Of a DNA stretch of 18,436 nucleotides, positions 7,945 to 15,775 are shown piece by piece. The stretch lies in assembly GCA_038858525.1 (NCBI GenBank), contig JAWCFL010000032.1:1-18436 (forward strand). The letters run 5' to 3'. Each line of letters opens with the position of its first letter. Positions within the stretch are counted from its first letter, which is position 1. The notes below the pieces were generated by a model. It saw only the letters and a program-made list of their open reading frames with translations, did not search any database and was not told the DNA's origin. A program made the position numbers and the translations under genes. Origin of the DNA: Candidatus Jordarchaeales archaeon (GTDB lineage: Archaea > Asgardarchaeota > Jordiarchaeia > Jordiarchaeales > Freyrarchaeaceae).

Positions 7945-8601
7945 TTACTTGGAAAGTTGAGAACTAAAGAAGAGTTTCAAGGTGTTTATTACTTCCTTTG
8001 TGTTCTTGCCAAGAGAAAGACCTTCCGTTAAAAGGTCATTAAGATGATCTATGTCGATTTCAACTGTTGGAGACGAGTATACTTTAACGGGTATACCTCT
8101 CGCTTTAGAGCTGGAGACATGTTTCTTGAAACTGTCCTCTCCGAATTGTGGGGGAAGAATGCCTGGCGGCTTCATAAAAAGGGCATTGGTTCCGCCTGAT
8201 CTCGACTGAGAGATAACTATAACTTCTTGGTCTTGTTCACCTAACTCTACAATGTTCAATATGTCTTTAGGTTTAATGAAGGGTAAGTCTGCAGGTAAAA
8301 CAAGGACAGAATCCGCGTTACATCTAGTGCAGAAGTCTATTCCAAGTTGAATTGCCTTGTTTAAGTCGCATGGAAGACGTTCAAAAATAAAATTTACTCC
8401 TTTAAGAGAGTTTACAATGCTCAAATCAGGTGTTACAATATGGATCTCCTTAAATATCTCTGATCTTTTTGCGATACCAATCACGTCAAGAAGCATTGCA
8501 AAGCTTAGTTTACGCCGCTCACTTAGAGAAAGAAAGGGTGACAGCCTTGACTTCGCTGCATCTAACCCCTTAAAGGGAATTACCAGGTGAATATTGTTCA
8601 T
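7945..8601 (-). CDS. cofC: 2-phospho-L-lactate (or PEP) guanylyltransferase, F420 biosynthesis
   Basis: VIPFKGLDAAKSRLS N-terminus, MLLDV, VLPADLPF, GGTNALF and FGEDSFKKH, the typical CofC/FbiD motif order. Divergent from cofE. Confidence 0.8.
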   Translation of the reverse strand: MNNIHLVIPFKGLDAAKSRLSPFLSLSERRKLSFAMLLDVIGIAKRSEIFKEIHIVTPDLSIVNSLKGVNFIFERLPCDLNKAIQLGIDFCTRCNADSVLVLPADLPFIKPKDILNIVELGEQDQEVIVISQSRSGGTNALFMKPPGILPPQFGEDSFKKHVSSSKARGIPVKVYSSPTVEIDIDHLNDLLTEGLSLGKNTKEVINTLKLFFSSQLSK

Positions 8602-8783
8602 TCACATCATCTCCTACATTTGTAAAAAGTGTCTTTCGATGTGAAAGAAGCTACTATAATGAATACTTTGCTGGAGTTAAAAATGCATTATAATAAGGAG
8701 GAAGGATTCGTTTAGGGAGGAATTTTTTATTTAGGGTAACTTGATAAGCGACTATCGCGTCTTTCTGATTTGGAAATGGAACT

Positions 8784-9551
8784 TTGGAGGTGTCAGAGAT
8801 TAAGAAAATAGAAATAATAGGAATTAATGGTTTGCCTCTGGTGAGGGAAGGGGACGATATAGCTAAGCTGATCGTTGAAGCAGCAAGGAAACAGGGTATC
8901 GAAATACTTAACAACGACATTATTGTGGTGGCTCAATCTATAGTTTCTAAGGCTGAAGGTATGATTGTTGACCTGTCTAAGGTGGATCCTTCTCCTTTCT
9001 CGATTACAATAAGTAGGCAGGTTGGCAAATCTCCACAGATGGTCGAGGTTATTTTGAGGGAAGCTAGAAGAATAGTTAAAATGCGGCACGTCATTATCAC
9101 GGAAACGACGCATGGTTTTATCTGCGCCAATTCAGGAGTGGATGAATCCAACGTGTCAGGTGGAGGGAAAGTCACTCTTCTTCCTCGAGATCCTGATGAG
9201 TCTGCAAGACGCATTAGGGATGGAATTTTTAAACTTACGGGTGCAGATGTTGCAGTTATAATTTCAGATACTCATGGAAGACCCTTTAGAGAGGGGGCGA
9301 TAAATGTGGCCGTGGGGGTGGCGGGACTGAAACCGGTTTGGGATAGGCGTGGAGAAAAGGACTTGTACGGATATGTTTTGCATTCAACATTTGTTGCTGT
9401 GGCTGACGAATTAGCCTCAGCTGCAGAGTTAATTATGGGTCAAGCCGATGAGGGGATTCCAGTAGTCATTATACGAGGATACCAGTATATTAAAGGTGAG
9501 GGAAGTTACAAGGATCTTTTAATGCCTCCTGAAAGAGACCTTTTCAGGTGA
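8784..9551 (+). CDS. cofE: Coenzyme F420-0:L-glutamate ligase
   Basis: GLPLVREGDDIA, VVAQSIVSKAEG, CANSGVDESN, ISDTHGRPFREG..NVAVGVAG and MGQADEGIPVVIIRG. TTG start; GTG 8790 is an alternative. Confidence 0.85.
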   Translation: MEVSEIKKIEIIGINGLPLVREGDDIAKLIVEAARKQGIEILNNDIIVVAQSIVSKAEGMIVDLSKVDPSPFSITISRQVGKSPQMVEVILREARRIVKMRHVIITETTHGFICANSGVDESNVSGGGKVTLLPRDPDESARRIRDGIFKLTGADVAVIISDTHGRPFREGAINVAVGVAGLKPVWDRRGEKDLYGYVLHSTFVAVADELASAAELIMGQADEGIPVVIIRGYQYIKGEGSYKDLLMPPERDLFR

Positions 9552-10484
9552 GTGTCATTGATCACGCTGCTAACAGGGGGCACCGGTGGGCTGAAGCTAC
9601 TTAAAGGATTTCTTGAGGTTCTTCCCCAGGAGGAAATCGCCGTTATTGTGAATACGGGTGACGATATAGAGCTTCATGGGCTTTTTATAAGTCCAGATTT
9701 GGATAGTGCAGTTTATCTGGTTGCGGGATTGCTAGATGAAGAAAGATTTTGGGGCGTGAGGGGTGACACATTTAACTGCCTTGAGATGATGAGCAAGTAT
9801 GGTTTGCCCTCTTGGTTTGCTTTAGGGGATCGTGACTTAGCAACACATATATGGAGAACTTATCTTATCAGGAACGGTTTCCAACTTTCAGAGGTTACAA
9901 AACTTATGTGTGACAAGCTTAATGTTAAAGCGAGAATTATGCCTATGACGAACGATAAAGTGCAAACGTATATAGATACTGATTTAGGCGTTCTCTCATT
10001 GCAGGAATTTTGGGTTAAATACAGAGGACAACCAAGTGTTTTTGGGGTCGAATATAGAGGAGCCGAATATGCAAGTGCGCCCCCTGAGGTTATTGATGCC
10101 TTGAGGAAGTCTGAGGCGGTTATCGTGGGACCCAGCAATCCCATCACAAGCATAGCGCCCATATTAGCTATTAGGGACATAAAAGAGACCCTTAAAGAGA
10201 TAAGCTGCAAAAAAATTGCTGTTAGTCCTATAATAGGAGGAAGAGCGGTAAGCGGGCCAGCAGCGAAGCTAATGCAAAGCTTAGGCTTAGAGGTTTCCCC
10301 GCTAGGGGTGGCATGCTTCTACAAGGAGATAATAGACGTATTGGTACTCGACAGGACAGATGCTTCATTAGTGGATGTAATAAGGTCTGTTGGTGTTATA
10401 CCATATGCTACAAACATTTTAATGATGAACGATGAGGATAGACGACGTCTCGCTCTTGAAATTATAGAGCTGGTGAGTGAATGA
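9552..10484 (+). CDS. cofD: 2-phospho-L-lactate transferase (LPPG:FO transferase)
   Basis: LTGGTGGLKLLKGF, VIVNTGDDIELHGL.ISPDLD and GPSNPITSI. The GTG start directly abuts the cofE TGA stop (9549-9551). Confidence 0.85.
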   Translation: MSLITLLTGGTGGLKLLKGFLEVLPQEEIAVIVNTGDDIELHGLFISPDLDSAVYLVAGLLDEERFWGVRGDTFNCLEMMSKYGLPSWFALGDRDLATHIWRTYLIRNGFQLSEVTKLMCDKLNVKARIMPMTNDKVQTYIDTDLGVLSLQEFWVKYRGQPSVFGVEYRGAEYASAPPEVIDALRKSEAVIVGPSNPITSIAPILAIRDIKETLKEISCKKIAVSPIIGGRAVSGPAAKLMQSLGLEVSPLGVACFYKEIIDVLVLDRTDASLVDVIRSVGVIPYATNILMMNDEDRRRLALEIIELVSE

Positions 10485-11272
10485 GAACTATTTTGAAGCG
10501 GCGAGTTATACTTGCAGCTATGGCAGGAATATGTGATGGTGATTTTTGCTTCCGAGCAGCAAAATCAGGAGCAGGAATGGTGACACTTGGAGGGTTAAAT
10601 TTCGATGAAGGAACAGTTTTGGCTGGCGAAATGATAAGAAGAAGGGGGCGTAAGGAGTTTGATGTGAAGCTTGACTCGCTCGAGAGGTTTCTTAGGGAAG
10701 AGGTAAGTAAAGCTTTGAAGGGAGGCGCCCCTGTTGCTATTAATGTGCGGGCAGCAACTTTGAGGGGTATTCTTTTCGCTGGTAATTTAGTATCAAAAAG
10801 CGGGGCTACAGCACTGGAGATAGATGCGCACTGTCGGCAACCCGAGATGATGGCGGTAGGAGCGGGACAAGCACTTTTAAATAGATTAGAAACGCTTTCG
10901 GAGTGGATAATGTGTCTTAAGGAATCTTTTAATGTAAAAGTCATTCTTAAGTGGAGAGGTAACGTGGTGGATGATTTAACTGTAGCAAAGCTGGCTGAGA
11001 AAGCTGGTGCTGACGCAATACATATAGACGCTATGAAGCAAGGAGTGGAATGTGGAGATTTAGAGTTAATCAGGAAAATTTCTGAAAACGTAAATGTTTT
11101 CTTGATAGGTAATAACTCTGTTAGGGACGTTAATAGTGCCATCGAAATGTTAAATTCTGGTGCTGATGCAGTTTCTATTGCTCGAGCAACGCTAAATGAC
11201 CCTTCAGTAGTGGGAAAAATAGCGTTAGGTGTCGAAGAAAAAATGAAACAAAAAGAAAACTTAAAATTTTAG
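10481..11272 (+). CDS. Dus-like FMN-binding TIM-barrel oxidoreductase (archaeal NifR3/Dus-related family), function unknown
   Basis: LAAMAGICDGDFCFR..GAGMV matches the Dus N-terminus (aPMagvtD..fR). EIDAHCRQPE....GAGQALL matches the Dus IDiN.GCP....G.GaaLl segment, with the Cys retained. GADAIHID ... IGNNSV ... GADAVSIARATLNDPS matches the C-terminal half. Its ATG overlaps the cofD stop by 4 nt (ATGA). Confidence 0.65.
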   Translation: MRTILKRRVILAAMAGICDGDFCFRAAKSGAGMVTLGGLNFDEGTVLAGEMIRRRGRKEFDVKLDSLERFLREEVSKALKGGAPVAINVRAATLRGILFAGNLVSKSGATALEIDAHCRQPEMMAVGAGQALLNRLETLSEWIMCLKESFNVKVILKWRGNVVDDLTVAKLAEKAGADAIHIDAMKQGVECGDLELIRKISENVNVFLIGNNSVRDVNSAIEMLNSGADAVSIARATLNDPSVVGKIALGVEEKMKQKENLKF

Positions 11273-11309
11273 GCAAATATGGGGTGCAGAACGCTTTTTG
11301 ATTTGCAGT

Positions 11310-11744
11310 TTAGGAAGAATTATTTGTACTTTTCTTAGGCGTCATCGTACCGGATACTATCTTTGAGATTATTTCCTTTTGCGCCGCTCTTACTGCACTA
11401 GAAAAATTGAAACCACGAGTATCCATTCCCAGTTCATCGATGACGTCTCCGTAACTGTTCTCGTTTACTATTTTTATAAGAATTTCAGTAATGTCGTAAC
11501 GTTCTCCATGGAAACGCACCGTGATCTTATAAGCTTCCCAGTCAACTTCAGCACCATAAATGTCTCTTTGAATGTTTATTGCGTCCGCCACGGTCAATTT
11601 AGGATTAGAACTCAGTATTTCTTCAATTGAAGGTATTTTCACACCTTCAAGAGAAAGTAGGATACGCTGAATAAGCATACCCATAAGCCAGCAACGATTA
11701 AATCGGCCTTTCCAAGGCTTATTAGACAAACACCCACTTCCCAA
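11310..11744 (-). CDS. Hypothetical protein (124-144 aa depending on start)
   Basis: ORF of plausible composition, but I recognise no motif. Start options are TTG 11744 (~24 nt after an ATAAATAAAG box, possibly leaderless) or ATG 11684 (MGMLIQRILL...). Confidence 0.45.
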   Translation of the reverse strand: MGSGCLSNKPWKGRFNRCWLMGMLIQRILLSLEGVKIPSIEEILSSNPKLTVADAINIQRDIYGAEVDWEAYKITVRFHGERYDITEILIKIVNENSYGDVIDELGMDTRGFNFSSAVRAAQKEIISKIVSGTMTPKKSTNNSS

Positions 11745-11876
11745 AATTTGGCAAGCAACTTTATTTATCTTTTAACAGAAATATTAATTTTACTTTTCAT
11801 CAGAGTTGGTTACAAATGGAACGCATTGTAGCAAAGCAAAAAGAAGTGGTAAAGTTAGGTTTTCTCCTCTGTAAGT

Positions 11877-12056
11877 TTAAAAAATTCCGTTAAAAAGGTT
11901 GTTCAGGTAATTGATTATGTTTGTTGCTATACTTCCTGACCAGTTAAAAACGCCGAACATTATGTTTAGCATTATGGCTAAACCTAAAATTGATAGGCCA
12001 ATTAAGATGGCTTCTTCTACGATAGGAGATCCTTCCTCGTTCTTTATTAATTCCAA
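11877..12056 (-). CDS. Flp/Epd-type mini-pilin-like protein with a class III (type IV prepilin) signal peptide, 59 aa
   Basis: Hand translation: (TTG)ELIKNEEG|SPIVEEAILIGLSILGLAIMLNIMFGVFNWSGSIATNIINYLNNLFNGIF*. A short charged leader ends in Gly, Glu sits at +5 after the putative cleavage site, and a ~20-aa hydrophobic helix follows, mirroring Caulobacter PilA DESG|ATAIEYGLIVALIAVVIV. GGAGGG lies 8 nt upstream of the TTG. It is one codon below the 60-aa cut-off of the ORF track. Confidence 0.5.
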   Translation of the reverse strand: MELIKNEEGSPIVEEAILIGLSILGLAIMLNIMFGVFNWSGSIATNIINYLNNLFNGIF

Positions 12057-12307
12057 ATCAAAAACCCTCCATGTATCTTCAAGCGTTAATAGTTAAGAAA
12101 AATATTTAAACACCACAGTTGTTGCGGCGTACTATCATTTAACAAAATCATCAAGCTAAAATGAAAAAGACATATTTTTGTCAACTATATTGTTGATAAA
12201 AATGATGTTCAAAAAATTAAAATAGAAGTATAGCACAAATAATATTCTGAAAAATGGAAAAAGTTGAAGTAATTCTTGAAAAATGAAAATGAAGGGGACG
12301 TGGGAAA

Positions 12308-13453
12308 GTGACATATGAGGAAGAGATGATCGCTGCAAAGCCCCTTGTGTTGGATAATGGAACCGGGTTAACTAAGAACGGGTTTGCAGGAGAGGACCAA
12401 CCTCGCTCCGTATGGCCAACTTGTATAGGATATCCTAAGTATACATCAATAATGACGGACGTAGAACACCATACGAGGGAGTATTACATAGGGGAGGAAG
12501 CACTTAACCTGAGAGGAGTTCTTAGGCTGGTTTATCCTATAGAGCACGGCGTGGTGACAGACTGGGACGCCATGGAGAAGATTTGGCATTACACGTTCTT
12601 CAATGACTTGAGAGTAGATCCCTCAGAGCACCCTATTCTCCTAACTGAGCCACCGTTAAACCCGCGTGAAAACAGAGAAAAAATGGCTGAAATAATGTTT
12701 GAAACGTTTAACGCGCCAGCTGTTTATGTTGCAATGCAAGCAGTCCTTTCACTTTATGCGTCAGGAAGAACAACCGGACTTGTAGTAGACTCAGGAGATG
12801 GAGTAACGCACATTGTGCCAATTTACGAAGGATTCGCGTTAACGCATGCGATAACGAGGATAGATCTCGCAGGAAGAGACATAACTGAGTATTTAAGGAG
12901 GCTCTTAAGGCAACGAGGTTACAGTTTCGTCTCAACAGCTGAAAAAGAAATAGTTAGAGACATAAAGGAGAAGCTCTGTTATGTGGCTTTAGACCCTGAA
13001 AAGGAACTTAAGCTTGCTGAGAAAGTTTCAGGAATAGAAAAGACATACGTGTTGCCAGACGGAGAGACCATTACTGTCGGCGCTGAAAGATTCCTAGCAC
13101 CGGAGGTTTTCTTTAACCCAGGAGTTATCGGGCTAGACTCACCACCACTGGACGAGGTTATAGTTGACGCTGTCAGAAAATGCGACGTTGACTTAAGAAG
13201 AGAGCTTTACGGCAACATAGTTCTCTCGGGAGGATCAACAATGTTTCCGGGGCTAAGAGAAAGATTGCACAAGGAGTTATCAGAGCTCGTCCCAGAAAAT
13301 GTCGAAATTAAGATAATAGCGCCTCCAGAAAGACAGTACAGTGTTTGGATTGGAGGGTCAATACTAGCTTCTCTAAGAACATTCCAGAAAATGTGGGTTA
13401 CAAGAAAGGAATATCAAGAAGGAGGAGCTGCAGTTATTCACAGATGCTTCTAA
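12308..13453 (+). CDS. Eukaryote-type actin (Asgard 'lokiactin'-like)
   Basis: Near-verbatim actin signatures run the full length: [115 protein letters not shown]...[53 protein letters not shown] and [33 protein letters not shown]...IHRCF*. The start is GTG 12308 or ATG 12326. Confidence 0.93.
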   Translation: MTYEEEMIAAKPLVLDNGTGLTKNGFAGEDQPRSVWPTCIGYPKYTSIMTDVEHHTREYYIGEEALNLRGVLRLVYPIEHGVVTDWDAMEKIWHYTFFNDLRVDPSEHPILLTEPPLNPRENREKMAEIMFETFNAPAVYVAMQAVLSLYASGRTTGLVVDSGDGVTHIVPIYEGFALTHAITRIDLAGRDITEYLRRLLRQRGYSFVSTAEKEIVRDIKEKLCYVALDPEKELKLAEKVSGIEKTYVLPDGETITVGAERFLAPEVFFNPGVIGLDSPPLDEVIVDAVRKCDVDLRRELYGNIVLSGGSTMFPGLRERLHKELSELVPENVEIKIIAPPERQYSVWIGGSILASLRTFQKMWVTRKEYQEGGAAVIHRCF

Positions 13454-13454
13454 G

Positions 13455-13480
13455 TTTTGTACTTTCCTTTTCCTTTTTTA
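13455..13480 (+). terminator. T-tract terminator region after actin (TTTT ... TTTTTT)
   Basis: Oligo-T runs sit immediately downstream of the TAA stop. Archaeal RNA polymerase terminates at such tracts. Confidence 0.4.
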
Positions 13481-13606
13481 TGATTACATTTTCTTGCGAG
13501 ACTTACTAAAGATAATATAAAGGAGAATGTTTGCGAATTAGGACGAAACACGTAAGGTTTTTCTTAAATTCTCTGGAAGATATCTCTCAAAAAGTGCAAA
13601 GGATTT

Positions 13607-15229
13607 TTGGGTGATTTTTTGGTTAAGGCTTTAAAAGAGTATAATTTAGTTAGAAAAAATCACCGTAAAGTAGATTTAAAATTTGCACTTTGTTATCCTA
13701 GTACATATTCTGTTGGTATGTCTTCTTTGGGGTTTCGTTTAATTTACACACTTATAAATATAAGGGAGAATGTCGCGTGTGAGAGGGTTTTCTATGTTCC
13801 AGAAGAGAGACCTAGAAGCGTTGAGTCTGGCTTAGAGTTAAGTGAGTTTGACGTAGTTGGTTTCTCTTTACAATACGAGGAAGATTACGTGAACTTAGTG
13901 AAAATGCTTCTTAGTTCAGGGATACCCGTCTGGAGAAGTGAAAGAGACGAGAAAAACCCATTAATTGTCGCAGGAGGAGTGTGTGCAATCGAAAATCCAA
14001 TGCCATTATCAGACTTCATTGATGTATTCTTAATAGGAGATGGGGAAGCATTAATAGAACAACTAATAGATATATGTGTTGAGGAGAGAGGGAAACACGC
14101 ACGGATGGAGGCTTTATCAAAAATAGACGGCTTTTATGTGCCTGGGTTAAATGATGGGAAAGTTAAGAGAGTATGGTGTAAATCCATTGAGGACATTTTT
14201 TGTCCAACTATGCAGGTAATTCCAGTTAAAGAAGAAAAAGGACTTACACCCGTTTTTGGCCGGTCATTCCTTTTAGAGATCGCTAGGGGGTGCGAGAGGG
14301 GATGCAGATTTTGTCTGATAGGTTTCTGCGGCAGGCCTAGACGTATTAGAAGCGAAAGAAGACTTAGACAGCTTATGGAAGAAGGAATAAAGCAAAGTGG
14401 GGTAAGAAAGGTTACTCTGATTGCACCTTCAATTTCAGGATTAAAAATAGTTGATTTATGTTGGGAAGCAGTAAATGCCGGCTTAGAAATTTCATTGCCT
14501 TCTTTAAGTATTGATGCTGTCACCGATGATTTGCTTGATGCAATAGTAGAAGGAGGACAACGAACAGTTACTATAGCTCCAGAGGCAGGAACAGAAAACA
14601 TGAGAATAAAGATAAACAAGCCTTTTTCGGACGAGGAAATAATCGCTACGGCAGAGAAAATAGAGGAACGAGGACTTAGCCTGAAAGCGTATTTCATTAT
14701 TGGGCTTCCTTATGAAAAAGAAGAGGATGTGGACGCCATTGCTAAACTTATCGATAGAATATCCAAAAGTGGTGGGAGGAAGTTAAAGGTTAGCGTAAAC
14801 CCGTTTGTCCCAAAGCCTCATACACCTTTTTCCTGGGTGCCTCAAAATTCACTTCAAACTCTTAGATATAAAAGGGCACGAATACAAAAACTCCTGAGAG
14901 GTAAGAGGATTAATCTTGAAGGAATGGATCTAAGAAAAGCATTTATTGAGGCATTTTTGTCTTTGGGGGGAAGCGAAATAAGTCGTATAATAGAGTTGGC
15001 GGCACGTTATGGTGGAGGACTTGGTGGCTGGAGGAGAGCGTTCAAGGAGAGCAAATTCAAAGCGGAGCACATATATAAGTTTAGGAGCCCTGATGAAGAG
15101 CAACCTTGGGAGATAGTTGATGTAGGTGTTAACAAACAGTTTTTAATTAAAGAGTGGGAAAGAGCCATTGATGGCGTCCAGACGCCTCCTTACAGTCACT
15201 GTAAAGAATGCATGATTTGCGACTACTAA
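13607..15229 (+). CDS. Radical SAM enzyme with an N-terminal B12-binding-like domain (TIGR03960-like uncharacterised family)
   Basis: CX3CX2C cluster motif in LLEIARGCERGCRFCLIGF. The N-terminus ALCYPSTYSVGMSSLGFRLIYTLIN....CERVF resembles the YevGMSnlGl.iLY..lN...cERvF signature of that family. The start is TTG 13607 or TTG 13619. Confidence 0.75.
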   Translation: MGDFLVKALKEYNLVRKNHRKVDLKFALCYPSTYSVGMSSLGFRLIYTLINIRENVACERVFYVPEERPRSVESGLELSEFDVVGFSLQYEEDYVNLVKMLLSSGIPVWRSERDEKNPLIVAGGVCAIENPMPLSDFIDVFLIGDGEALIEQLIDICVEERGKHARMEALSKIDGFYVPGLNDGKVKRVWCKSIEDIFCPTMQVIPVKEEKGLTPVFGRSFLLEIARGCERGCRFCLIGFCGRPRRIRSERRLRQLMEEGIKQSGVRKVTLIAPSISGLKIVDLCWEAVNAGLEISLPSLSIDAVTDDLLDAIVEGGQRTVTIAPEAGTENMRIKINKPFSDEEIIATAEKIEERGLSLKAYFIIGLPYEKEEDVDAIAKLIDRISKSGGRKLKVSVNPFVPKPHTPFSWVPQNSLQTLRYKRARIQKLLRGKRINLEGMDLRKAFIEAFLSLGGSEISRIIELAARYGGGLGGWRRAFKESKFKAEHIYKFRSPDEEQPWEIVDVGVNKQFLIKEWERAIDGVQTPPYSHCKECMICDY

Positions 15230-15367
15230 AAAGATTAAAAACTCAAAAATTAAATAAATAGAAGAAAAATAAACAAAATATTAATTTTTTAAAAAATAAA
15301 GATGATAAAACCTAATTTTTAAATTCGGCTTCGGAAAAAAGATTTACAGAAGACGAAGAGGCGTTTA

Positions 15368-15688
15368 GTGATGGAATATGACAAGAAAAGGTTTAGAGAG
15401 GAATTTCCTCATCTTGCAAAGGAACTTGAAGACGTGGAGGGAGTAAGGGTTCAGATAAGAGGCGTTAGAACTTGTGAAATTAAAGACATAGATGTTGTCA
15501 GGTTGATTCGAAGATGTGACAGAGAAGAGCAAGCGATAGAGATTATAGAATATTTAAAAAAGAGAGGAGAAATTTCTGAAGAATATGCTTCACAGATACT
15601 TAAACAGCTTAAAGAGAAAGGATTAAGATCTTTTGGAAGCAAGATTTCGTGGGGATTCTTTGAAAAAGAATATAGGAATAATTTCTAG
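15368..15688 (+). CDS. Small conserved archaeal protein of unknown function (possibly DUF2095-like)
   Basis: The 105-106-aa ORF has an FPHLAKEL ... VRLIRRCDREEQAIEIIEYLKKRGEISEEYA ... GLRSFG pattern that I recall from uncharacterised archaeal proteins. The family name is from memory only. ATG 15371 is the likely start. Confidence 0.5.
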   Translation: MMEYDKKRFREEFPHLAKELEDVEGVRVQIRGVRTCEIKDIDVVRLIRRCDREEQAIEIIEYLKKRGEISEEYASQILKQLKEKGLRSFGSKISWGFFEKEYRNNF

Positions 15689-15775
15689 AGTCATAGTCTT
15701 AAAAGAGGAATTCGCTTTCAATGAATTTTTAAAGGATTATTTTGATGATTTTCGTTCTTTCTGGGGGGAACTTAA

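Noticed and set aside
10462-11142. 226-aa minus-strand ORF opposite the Dus-like gene
   Set aside because: Its low-complexity Ser/Ala/Pro/Leu-rich translation is antisense to a frame with clear Dus-family motifs and translational coupling to cofD.
11911-12096. 61-aa + strand ORF (MIMFVAILPDQLKTPNIMF...)
   Set aside because: It has no SD motif and an odd composition. It is the antisense shadow of the better-supported minus-strand Flp-like mini-pilin ORF.
15743-15775. C/D box sRNA (TGATGA at 15743-15748); also ATGCTGA...GTGATTT around 7820-7838
   Set aside because: No matching D box (CTGA) lies at the right distance, there are no C'/D' pair or terminal stem, and the second site has only degenerate boxes.
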